From Iphione sp. A-MEVVRFRX5 (taxonomy: Eukaryota): a DNA stretch of 64,000 nucleotides. The stretch spans positions 76,508,001 to 76,572,000 of the forward strand of contig OZ320314.1 in NCBI GenBank assembly GCA_976226885.1. Direction: 5' to 3'. The notes under the pieces are model-generated. The model saw only the letters and a list, made by a program, of their open reading frames with translations. It did no database searches and was not told the origin of the DNA. How positions within the stretch are numbered: position 1 is the first letter of the stretch; each line of letters opens with the position of its first letter. Positions 51,501 through 62,800 of the stretch are shown here, piece after piece. The translations under genes and the position numbers were made by a program.

Positions 51501-53625
51501 CCTCTGCCTCTGTCCCTGTCCCTGCCTCTGCCCCTGCCTCATGCAGGGTCTTCCTCACTAGGCCTGGAGCTGGGCCTGGAGCTGGTCCTGGCTCTGTATC
51601 CAACTCTGCTTCTGTCACCATGGGCTCAGGAACAGAGGGCTTCAGGCACATGATGTCTTTGGACTCCTTTGTGCAAAAGTCTCTGATGTTCTTAAACAGA
51701 TACAACTGTCTCTTGGTAGACAAACCAGGGGAGGGAACAGGTGCAGTAGGGTCCCTGGGGACTGCTAGGGGGTCAACATTTAACATCTTGAAAGTGTTTG
51801 GCTGGCTGTCTGCATACTCACGGAAAGAGATAACCCCAGGGTTTTGGTTTGAGAACTCAAAATGGTGAAGTTGCTTGATACCTTGCAAACGTCGATGAGA
51901 GGAGGTAAAAGGAAAGCTTGCCAGTCATAGGTTGGGACATGGACATTCCCAGACTCATCGCCAACAAGTTGGGGAACATTGACCTGATCCTGGGTACTCT
52001 TCAGTACTGTCTGAGATAACTCGGATAGGCTAGATACTGACTCATGTCGAAACTTTAGCAAACCAAAGCACCAGTCTGGGGCAAATTTCGTGTGGCCAGT
52101 AATAAGAAAGTTCAGAGTTATTGTTTGGTGCCGACCAGTCAGGACCCTCCACATGAGATATGCTAGCACCCAATTGTTCTTGTTCTGGCCACTGCAAATG
52201 TTACGGTGCAGATCCATAGAGCATGACCCCAGATCAAACATGTGAAAATAGTGGTGCAAATACGAGATTACAGCATTGGATCCCTTGCTCCCACAGTGTT
52301 CCTCATCTATAAGATAGTTGACCTGCTTGGGAATAGCCTCATTACACACCTCAAAGATACCCAACTTCCGTGGGACTAGAAAACAAAGTGGCCTGGGCTG
52401 CATGGGGGAAGGGGGGAGGTAGACCTGCTGGGCATAATCAAAACTGATGTGAGTAGCTATGTCTACAGAACAGGACGGGTGTGGACCAAGGGCTGGGGTA
52501 TTGGCTTTCCAATAGGCAGCCTTGGCATTCTTTCCCATATTCTGATAAAATGTCCTTTCCACTGTTACGACCTGTAAATGTTTCTACTGCTTCTTAAGTT
52601 TTGCTACCTTGACTACCTCAGGGAGATTACTAGATGAGGAAATGTCCCTGTAGTTAAGCTCATATTCCCAACATAGGTCAGTTTTCTGGCAGGAACAAAC
52701 TATATGGGGGAGAAGTTGCAACCACAAATTCCAGAATGTGGAGTCTGTACTCAGACTCCTCCATAGCTTGACAATACAGTTTGTAGATGTCTGCCTTAGT
52801 GGCAGACGAGGGGAAGAGGAGAATATCATTGCGCTTGTGGGTAGCTACATGGCCAGGTAGGACAAGGGCATTGGTCTCTGCATATGAGGTGATGAACCCT
52901 GCAACTCTTTGGATGTCGGTGAGGTGGAGGATTTTGGTTTTTGACTGTCTGCCACCAGCCCTCTTGATACGGGGGACAACTCTGTTGTCCTTATACCATT
53001 GAATAATGTTGGTGAGTTTGTGTTGGCTGATGCTGGAAGGTAAAGTGAAACACCCTAAATATTTAACCAAAAGAGTAAGCCATAAATACAAGTACATGAA
53101 GGTTGTAACGTCTAATTGGTGGGTGGTTACATACTCCATGACTCCTCTGACATACTTATCTATTAACTCATACTGTTAGCACTATAAATACATGAAAATT
53201 ACATTTCATCATTAAGGTACCTGTAAGGAAATAAGTAGAAAGATGAGGGATACTCATGCATACATAAACTTAAAGGTGTCCCTGCAAATGACCTTGGAAC
53301 TAATCATGTAGTGACTGTGTGGAGCACATCTCTCATGCTTCCCCCTTTCCCCCTTCTTCCACACTGATGTCATGACACTTATGTCTGTCACCATACTTAT
53401 TATGCCTTGGAGTAGCATGTCCTTTACCCCTAGAAGAGATAGGTATACATGACATCTCATCAAGATGGATAAGATTGACATAGTATTGTTTTTTTCTGGC
53501 AAGGGTGAAACTGATTAATTTAATAATACTTATGATTTTCCACATGTCAAATTGAAGTGATCTTTGCAGTTACAAATCTTCATGAAGAATTGCGAAATGG
53601 TCATCAGGTTTAGCAATGGAGTAGA

Positions 53626-56024
53626 GGTATGAGTCCCAGGTTTTGATGCGATTTGCCAAGGGCTGGGACGATAGTTCTAATATGGTTAAGAGTGACCCCG
53701 CTATGTTTTCAATGTCCCAGAGGCATCTTTAAACCTGCAACAAATCCCTAGGGAAAAAGCCATCCCAGAATATGAAACGAAGCCTTCCATTGGATGTTAT
53801 GAGCAAGGCGGAAGCGGAAATGGTATTATTTGATTTATTTGGCGGGGAAGTAACCATGGCGACTGCTGATGAGACGACAGCGAAGATGTCTCTGCTACGA
53901 GGAAAAGTGTGTATGCTCGAAGGCAAAAACGTCGTGATTGATGATGAATACACACTCCCGGGGAAGAAATACAAAATGTACGATGTGCGAGAGGTTGGAA
54001 ACGGGAAGAAAAGCAGTGTTCGGGGCGACCAGCTTAAATTCCGCGATGAAGCAACTTTTGACATTGGGTTGGAGAGGACGACGAAGATGATTTCACCCCC
54101 GAAAGTCTAGCTACGAATTGCTTTTACATGCCCGAGCAGGCGGAAATCGATAAGATGAAAGGCGAGGTTAGTCGCAAGAGTACGCTGGAGCAGACAAAAT
54201 GGGCAGTAAAAATTCTGCGAGGTGGTTATCAGTTTTGGGGGGGTGATTATATGACTGGATAATATGGGTCGATTTCTGTGTGAAAAGCTGGAAATAACTA
54301 ATCATATTCACTTTCTTTGTTACAGAATGGCTACTGACCGTGGACAAACTGTTGGATTTCGAGCAACTACCTGAAAAGCAGCTTGCGGAAATCCTGGAGG
54401 GTTTCTATACAGCGGTTCAGACAAAAAACAGGGAAATGTATTCCAAGAGTGCGCACAAGAATATACGCTGTGGTATTCAGAGGCACTTGCAGGCACCCCC
54501 ACATAGTCGCAATATAAACATAATGCAGGACATGGCTTTCCGTCAAGCCAACCTTGCCTATATGGGCTATATGGCAAAGATAAGAATGGCTGGAAAAGAC
54601 AAAAGCGCACACAAACCCCTCATCGAGCCGGAGGACATTAACCTACTTCATGAAAGAATTTTCACTGACACCCCAACAGGGCTACAGAGAAAAGTGTTTT
54701 TTGATATCCTACTGCACTTCAGAGGGCGGGGGAGGGAGGGTTTGCGCGAGCTGACCCGTGACTCATTTGTCATCTCCAAGGATGCAGCTGGCAGTGAATA
54801 TGTGAGCATGCGATACAATGAAGTGGAAAAAACACGTAGTGGGCTCAAGCATGACGAGGAAGATGTCTACAAAACCATGTATGCCCTACCTGAGGATGAA
54901 TCCCGATGCCCAGTGCATTCCCTGCGGAAGTATCTATCCCTGCTGAATCTGGCCTGCTCGGCGTTTTTCCAACGTCCGAAACGCAACTATGACAAGCGAG
55001 GAACACTTTGGTACGATAATATGGCTGTAGGGGTTAACACCCTGTACAGCATGATGGCGTCAATGTCCAAGGAGGGAGGCCTTTCTCGTATATACACGAA
55101 CCACTGCATTCGTCGGACAACTGTCACCACTCTCGACCAAGCTGGATACTCCGCAGATAAGATCCAGAGTGTAACTGGGCACAAGTCCGCTGATTCATTG
55201 AAAGCATATCGTGGATTGCCCAACAAGAGCGTCAAGAAGGGGATGTCGAACCTCCTAACGACTTATGGAAAGGAGAACCGTGATAATCCAGACAAACAGA
55301 AGAAACACGATGACAAAGACAGCGGCGTAGTAGTGGCACCGGCTGGTCCGGGTATCGCGGCCAGGGTTGACACCGAGGGAGCGGGTACATTGGAGAAAGA
55401 CACGATGCCGTTGGTTGTAAACACATCTGTAATGGTTAGGAAGGATGACATCTTGCACTCCTTGTTCTCTGGAAACACGTCGCTTAATCAGTGCACGTTT
55501 AACATCCATTATGGAAAATAAACAGTAAATTTTGTGTGGAGACGGACAACGACCAGGTTCCTTACACGTGTGGAGATACGCTAGACCGGAAGTGCGAGCT
55601 TGATGGTAGTTTTTGGATATTTCTGTTTTTTACGGTTACTATCACTAAAAAGCTGACTTTTATACCCAAATTAATACTGAAGGGTAATATTTCATGTTCG
55701 TTTAAGTTTGAAGAAGTTCGGATGTTATTTGCTTGCATCATATCATACTCGACCAATGAGAGAGAGTGACAGTATCGTTGTTGTCAATAAAAAAGCAAAA
55801 TGGTGACCGCCTTCGAGTATGTAAGACACTGCATTCTTTCTTTCTTCAATAAATAATTATATTGCATTTTTAACATATATTTGTAGTGGGGAACTAAATC
55901 AGAACCACGATTAAGGACTTTATGTCGGGAAAGGTCGAGAGTTTAAGCCGCTCGGGCCTCCATGCCGTCCATAATCGTGTAGTCCCAGCCCGAGGCAATA
56001 GCGTTGAAACCTGGGACTCATACC
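53626..56024. repeat. ~44-bp inverted repeat pair flanking YR gene 1 (53626-53669 and 55982-56024)
   Basis: GGTATGAGTCCCAGGTTT (18/18) and GGGCTGGGAC (10/10) are shared in inverted orientation. Confidence 0.85.
53886..55521 (+). CDS. Crypton-type (DUF3504 / KIAA1958-KCTD1-like) tyrosine recombinase, copy 1; one upstream frameshift
   Basis: Exon 1 runs 53886-54221, with an apparent 1-nt deletion near 54070 between ...ATFDIGL and EDDEDDF...FYMPEQ. A phase-1 GT-AG intron lies at 54222-54325, then exon 2 at 54326-55521. Motifs: FYTAVQTKNREMYSK, TPTGLQRKVFF, GRGREG, EVEK, NHCIRRT, TGHKS...SLKAY. An in-frame ATG at 54128 would give a 429-aa product. Confidence 0.8.
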
Positions 56025-56063
56025 GACACTAAGTCATTAAATTCGGTTCTAAAATTATTCCCC
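55888..56063. repeat. ~176-bp imperfect palindrome between the two convergent YR genes
   Basis: Outer arms 55888-55928 and 56023-56063 (29/41 identical as inverted repeats). Inner CTCGGGC (55951-57) / GCCCGAG (55988-94) pair is nearly concentric. Confidence 0.75.
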
Positions 56064-56399
56064 ATCCCTTAAATTAAAATATAATAAGGATAGTTCAGTT
56101 GAAAAACAAAGACGCAGAAATGCATGTGCCATATGATGCCATCTTGGTTTTTATTGAATACACTGAATAAGTCGAAGCATGTCATTGGTTGGTTGTTTTT
56201 GGCCTGCAAAGTCGTCATCTTGGCAGGAAAATCAACATAAATAAGATAACATGCACTGAATGCAATACTTTTTGAGGCAAAATAGTTCAAAAATCTGGAA
56301 ATCCAAAAAAAGTTATTGGCCACTTCCGCCGTGAAACTACATGAAAACACTCACTTTGAGCAAGGAGCCCAAGCCGAACGGAGGTACATGAAATGCATG

Positions 56400-58064
56400 T
56401 TACTTGTTGAAAGTGATGTTAAAAGTGCAGTTATTCAAAGTGGTGTGGCCACTAAATAGCGACTGGAATAAATCTTCATCCTGGACATTCACTGCCGTAT
56501 TTGTGGTGACCGTTTGGGTTAATTGCAAGTTTTCCTCATCAGAACTCGTTTCGCGGGGGTCCGGCTTCACTGTAGTTATGGCTACTATTTTATTTTTACC
56601 TACTTTGACCAAATCAGCTGATCCAGTTGCGGTGTCTTCGTCCTTGCCATAATTCGTCAGGGCATTCGACATGGACAGCTTCACTTTCTTCGATGGGCCC
56701 CCTAAATAGTGCTTTAGGGACTCCGCGCTCTTGTGGCCCGTTACTGATTGAATTTTTTTGGCACTGTACCCAGCCTTGTCCAAAGTGGTCATGCAGGTGC
56801 GGTGAATTGAATGATTCATATGCACACGGCTGAGCCCTCCTTCCTTGCTCATTGCGGACATCATTCCATATAAACTGTTTACTCTGAGAGGTGCATTGTC
56901 ACACCAAGTGGTCAAGGCTGCATCCACCTTACATTTAGGCCGTTGGAAGAAGGCCTCGCACTGCTCGCTCAACAAAGACAGGTATTTCTTAAACGAAGTT
57001 ACCGGGCAGCGACTAAGATCTGAAGGTAGGCCATACATAGTTTTTTTGGTGTCCTCCTCATCCTTGTTTAACCCACTGCGCATTTTCTCGGCCTCATTGA
57101 ATGACATTGTGACATATTCATGGCTGGCAGCATCATGGACCAACACAAATGAGTCCTTCTTCAGGTAGCGCAATCCTTCCCTTCCACGACGCCCAAAATG
57201 AAATAGGATATCGTAAAAAACCTTTCTCTGCAGTCCAGTAGGGGTATCCCTGGACACTTTTTCGTATAGCAGAGCAATGTCCTCAGTTTTGATCACAGGT
57301 TTGTGGGCACTCACATCTCAACCAGAGGTACGTATTTTCGCCATGTATCCGCTGTACGCTAAATTTGCCTGGCGAAAATCACTGTCATGAAGCAGGTTGA
57401 TGTTACGGGAGTGGGGAGGTAAAGTCAGGTGTTGTTGCAAGCCACATCTAATGTTCTTAAATGCACTCTTGGAGTACATTTGAAACGATTTAGTGCATAC
57501 ACTGGTGTAAAACTTCTCCAGACATTCTGCCAGTTCAACCGATGTCAAATACTCAAAGGCCAGATCGTGTCCGACCGAACCAAGCCAATCTGAAAAATAT
57601 AATGAAAGGGCCATCAATTAACATATGTTTAGTACAGTTTTAAAGTGATTCATTTCTTTCTTTAGCCCATTCGAAGGCACATTCTGTCATCAACACACAC
57701 CTCGAAATTTTTTTACCGCCCAGCGGATTTGGTCGACTGTGCCTTTGTGGTTAACTTCTTTTTTCATTGTGTCCACCTCGCTCTGATCTGGCATGTAAAA
57801 ACTTCCCTTATGTCCATCTAGATTGTTGTTTTCAGTCTCCTCCAAAATATTCGCATCTATTTCACCCATCACATCTAGTCCCAGATTGAAGGTGGCAGCT
57901 GCCTCTCCCACCAGTTCATCGGGACATGTAGTGTGCTTCTCCTTCGTTAGCAGATCTTCCACCTACAGGACGGGGTTATCCAACCCTCTATGAAAGAATT
58001 CATTAATCACTCTGACGTTTCGACCATTTAGGCCACAAAATTTGCCACATCGAGGAACATCCAT
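56400..58064 (-). pseudogene. Crypton-type (DUF3504-like) tyrosine recombinase, copy 2 (pseudogene)
   Basis: ATG at 58064, exon 1 to 57701, phase-1 intron 57700-57590 at the same position as in copy 1, exon 2 57589-56400. In-frame stops at 57965-63 (TAG) and 57320-18 (TGA). HxxR is changed to HSIH. Roughly 60% identical to copy 1 by eye. Confidence 0.85.
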
Positions 58065-58404
58065 CTTGCTTTCTCAAAATAATGTTGCTAGGGCCCGCCT
58101 TGCCGCCAAACAGTTGAAACAAGTGTTTCCGGTTTAGTTTTCTCCAATGGCAGCCGTTGAAACATTTTTTCTGCGGGTGATGAGTACCTCGTTTCAATTC
58201 ATTCGTTTAATCCAAAAAATAATACAACTGTCACTTCAAATCATTTTAGAACATAAAATTATAGTCTCAACAAGTTAGACAAGTTTGGGAAACAATAAGT
58301 ACCTGAAGACAGCTGGAAAACTTCCTGCCATCTGTCTGCCAACTTGGTTGCCGTGAACTGTTTGCTGCAGTTGTCATCATTGTAGTGTTTACAAGAGCAC
58401 CTGC

Positions 58405-58580
58405 AGGAAATGTTCATGTGGTTAGTTTTCCAGTTTACAAAATTTTATAATGGCCCTAAATACACCAGTCAAAACCCATTAATTTTGCACAAACTCCTAG
58501 AGGAAATGTTTACATGGTTAGTTTCTCATAGTTTAAAAAATTTTTAAATGGCCCTAAATACAAATGCAATGATAAAAACC
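58405..58580. repeat. ~96-bp diverged tandem duplication in intron 1 of the transposase gene
   Basis: aggaaatgtt...tggttagttt...atggccctaaatac occurs twice (~58405 and ~58501). Confidence 0.75.
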
Positions 58581-59726
58581 TATTCTAACATGTTCACAAG
58601 ATACTTCAGAATCTGCAAGGGGATTTGCATCTATAGAGACAATTTTCTAATAAGTTTGTTCTTCGATTGTTGGGAGCAACTGCATGTCAGATTAAAAGAA
58701 CTCACCTGAAGTTTTCACAGTGTGCCCACTCATCTTTCAGGATCTACTCAGTAGGATCTGTGACTACAAGTAAATCATTGACATCTCCTAAGGGTTCCTT
58801 CTCTTCCTCCAATTGTTCTTCTACCTCCTCAACACCCTTCTCATCCACCAGGCCCTCCTCCACCTCCTCCTCATAGAGAAAGTACTCATCTACAAAATGC
58901 CACCATTGTGCCTCTCCAGCCACGCCATGTAAATTGGCCCGACTGATGTTTAAAGCGTCTGCCAAGGCTTGAGCCCGATCCGTGGCCATGCCTGGTTGTT
59001 TGCAGACACTTCTGCATTAAAATACTATGTTATTCCCATCTCTATTGATTATTATTCAACGCTAGAGCAGAGACCCATGTCCGCTCACCATCAAGCCAGA
59101 CATTTAAACTGACCCAAACACACACACGTGGGAGGCTCTCGACCAATCGGTGCACTGCATTCACTACACATGACCCCTATAGCAACGATTGTTTAGATGA
59201 CGTCTCCCTTTAAATGGCTGGTCATTGGTCAGAAAGAATGTACTTTCAAAATCTAAAAACATCATTGACTAGGTAAATTCACACGCTTTCAGCAGGTACC
59301 TGGGAAGTAGGGCCTAGGATGATGGGAGGACCAGAAAGCAAGCTGCTAAAGTTTGGAAAAATAGCCCTGAGCGAGGGTTCTTTGGTCTTTGTGCATTCAA
59401 GCATCTACTACCTTCAGAGCTATATTGCAGGCACTTATAGTCCACGTGGGATTCTAATATTTTCACAGAATAAACTTCAGACATGATAGATATGAAAACA
59501 ATCAAAACCCCATTTTCAATATTTTGACCGACATCCACCTTTGGAGGCCCATATCTCAGTTTTAGTCCCTGCAACTTCTGACTCATTTGACTAGAATGGG
59601 TCAGATATTTTTTTTTAGATGATTATCCTATCTTAAATATATTTAAACAGGCTGAAGTGTGTATTCAATTGGTAATATTACCCGCACATTAAAAATGTGC
59701 TTTCTAGCAAACTTAGGGCTACCCCA

Positions 59727-59880
59727 TTTATTCCAGCCTTGTGGTGGGATACAGTGAGGTTACATACCTCTAGTGGGGGGTATGGTAAACAAGTGTGCAC
59801 CAACACTGTTGTTATGCAAAAGAAAATAGGTCCACACACAAAGAATATGTCATTTATTTAAATGTCAAGGCTGGAATAAA
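59727..59880. repeat. 154-bp segment bounded by a perfect 15-bp inverted repeat (possible MITE)
   Basis: TTTATTCCAGCCTTG at 59727-59741 and CAAGGCTGGAATAAA at 59866-59880. No TSD recognised. Confidence 0.55.
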
Positions 59881-62800
59881 GACAAAACATGTATGGTGAG
59901 CTGTGGATGAAGCAAAGTACTCATTTAGGCAGCATTATCATACCAAACTCAGCCTTCTGGCCTTGTTTCATATTCATGCTACCTGAATTCATATTTTGCT
60001 TCATCCAAGCACCCCATACCTGTTTTGTCCATATATTTTATGGGAAGAAATGTGCTAATATAAAAAAAATTAATAAATACACTCTGAACTTTTTAACCCT
60101 TAAAACTTTCATTTAACGGCTGCTGGTCTTCACCACCAACCTTTTTGTAGCCTACTTTATGTAAACGTTGATATATATTAGTCAACTTCAAATGGTATCA
60201 TAATTTTTTTGCAGACGTTGAAGGGTCGCTTTAGAACCATGTTGTAATGGTAAAATGTTATATCCATAAGAACACGTGTGTACAAATCTTATCTCTACCA
60301 TCAAACACAAAAAAGATTCACTGCGTTATGCAATGTTAAAAGCAATTTCTAAATTGTCTCTCTGGATTATTTTGGAAAGGCAGGTGAAGGATATTAATCA
60401 AAAATGACTGAAAACACTGGACGTGCAGACGGCGCCAGGGACATTCTCCACATGCAGACAAGTACTCCTTTGTACCATGATGAGGGCGACTAAGATCACA
60501 TGCGCGCGATGCGTGCGCGCCGATAACACGCACGAATTGTTTACATCTCCCTGCACCTGCTGAATCCCCACGACTGATAGAGACCGCTCAATGAACGGAA
60601 ACGTTGATAACTAAAGAGGCTCACGCCGATAAAAACGTACCCTTACATGCTTTGCATTATCAGCTTCGGAAGTTGTAGAGCTGCTAACGACCACGCCGTT
60701 CGTCCTTGCAACATGTTCTGTTCTCTGAGGAGCTTGCCCATGTAGGCTGCATCCGTACTGCCTCATAGCTCGTGAACGTATGCTTAACGGGGAGTCCTTA
60801 CCTTTTTGTTTTTGCAAAATGTGATATTTTTTTCTGGTTTCATTCGGCCCATCCAGTCTCGTCCTTATTAGTCTTCCCTTGAATATGACGTGTGCCTTGC
60901 AACCTTCCCCTGAGGCCTAATTTTCACGGACCTATGTAGCGTGTAGAATTTTCAGTAAACGTGGAGCACTGTGAAAGGTAAAGCTCTGTCACCATACTCA
61001 AGTGTATGCATGTAGTTTGACCATCATGTACACCTTACAATTCCCATACAGAACACGCTGCCATTGACACAGATTTGTGGCAGAATGGGATATGCTCCAT
61101 TCTGAAAATATATGACACACATCCTACACACTACACGTGTGCATGGAGACACAGTGGAGACACTCCTGCTGTTATCCTATGGATCCCTAAACAGTGACAA
61201 CACAGAAAAATGGCACATGGAGACATGGGATCATGGAAATTAGTCCTAATGGTCTCACTAGTGCGAATCTCAAGGTTTTCTTTCCTTTTGTTTTACCATC
61301 TACGTTCACTATGCCCCTTCGCTTCATAACCTTGTTATCCTTCGATAACAATATTTTCAAATCTCTGTGTATTTTTAGGCGGGGAGAGCCAGCTGTTTCC
61401 CTGCTTGTACTATTACCTTGGACCATTTTCCCAATCAACCTTCACAATGTCTAGATAACCTTCCAAAGGCCTCCAAGTTGTTTTAGTTTCTCATCCAGCA
61501 CTCTATGATAAGTAGCAGAATCGTAATTTTAAAATATCTGCTCAGTGTGTTTTTGGGTGTAACTTGCCGCCCAACATTCCTATTATTCTTTGAGAAAAAC
61601 GCCCAAACACAAGCTTACGAGTGACAGAAACCGCCACAGTTAAACATACCTCTTACATCATTTCTTGTTGTACATGTATATGATGGTGTGACCCTATGTC
61701 CCGGGCCCTATGTAGACAGAATGGCAGGCCTACTGCCCTCTGACTTTGTGAACTGCTTATATAGAGATAATATCTATATCAGCGACTAGTATCAATCAAC
61801 ATGCTTTGCATCCCCTGATACAAAAGTCTCTTTTGTGAGTGCTACTGAAGATAAGTTATGGGAATTTCTCGATGCGTGAGGACACTACAGATGGAAAGGT
61901 CACGAGTTTCCCATAATGACAAGGGAAGGATCACAAAAGAAAACACACACACCATCATGTACAAATCCTTTACATAAGTTACAGGATCCTGTCTCACCAT
62001 TGTCTCCCCTGAATTCTTTATACCTGCTAGACTTGAGACACTTTGAACATATACAGTTATGTACCAGTAATACCCACTGCCATGTTGGATATATGGCAGT
62101 ATAGTAGTCTGCAGCGCATAAGAAATACAGTATTCACACAGTTTATTACATCTTGTAATATGTTATCTCCAACAAGACGTCAGATATATGAATTATTATG
62201 ACAGAGGCACAGACACGCAACAATCTCTATATAGGTAGTTTTATTCATTCATCATCGGTATTCTATGCTGTTATGCCTATTTAGTTATCAATACATGTAT
62301 ACACTTAATGGGGAGAGTGAAAAGATGGTATGTGTTGTAACAACAAAGTGCACACCATACCAGTAGGTTTGATTGCAGCCTTTATTCTTCTTCATAGCAT
62401 ACAGCATGGCAGAGTTCAGCAAATCCAGCAAGTCCAACAAGAGTGCCAGAGCTACTCTCTATATATACCCAAACCTTTTGACAAACACTATGTACAAACA
62501 TTGTGTAAACAGGAAATAGTCATTAATTACTGTCATTCAAACTATACACTTTACATTACACCAACACTTTGAGAACATTATTAGTAACAACACATTCTCT
62601 ATCACAACAATTACAGTGTGCATTTTATTTAATGACACACGTCTATAAAAACAAAACATATATATCTTGTTAAATATTTCTAGGGCTATCATGTCATGTC
62701 CGTACAATGATGGATATCGTTTTTGATAATACCTATTGACAACAGCATTTTTGTTGAAATTAAGAAAGCCTTTCATACTTTCTTTAATGCGTTTGCTGTC

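Larger units (their letters stand above)
51277..58989 (-). pseudogene. Multi-exon DDE transposase pseudogene (Sola/DUF7869-like)
   Basis: Phase-compatible exons: 58989-58706 (in-frame TAG at 58746-44), 58400-58303 (CSCK...CSKQF), 53429-53258 (KDMLLQG...VICRDTFKFMY; donor degenerated to ATGAGT) and 53032-51277 (YAETNALVLPG, FDYAQQ, PRKLGIF, KGSNAVIS, CSGQNKN, GHTKFAPDWCFG, YDW). Two frameshifts (~52740, ~51890) and a stop at 52586-84. The second catalytic Asp appears lost (HRNIC). Confidence 0.8.
50960..59604 (-). mobile_element. 8.6-kb DDE DNA transposon, Sola-like, with nested or cargo YR genes
   Basis: Imperfect 31-bp TIRs (50960-50990 and 59574-59604; 25/31 identical, inner 15 bp AAATGAGTCAGAAGT perfect). 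ATAT on both sides (50956-50959, 59605-59608). They enclose a multi-exon transposase pseudogene. The superfamily name is from memory of the motif pattern and the 4-bp AWWT TSD. Confidence 0.7.

Noticed and set aside
53729-55509. Antisense ORFs overlapping the YR, RT, ZnF and ALKBH8 genes (here and elsewhere)
   Set aside because: They are shadow ORFs of real coding sequence on the opposite strand or frame.
57963-57966. Splice acceptor at the start of the 57962 ORF
   Set aside because: The upstream frame is homologous to the N-terminus of copy 1, so this TAG is better read as an in-frame nonsense mutation.
61380-61470. MIB/HERC2-like fragment (VKVDWENG..YKQG)
   Set aside because: It is interrupted by two stops and is too short to support.
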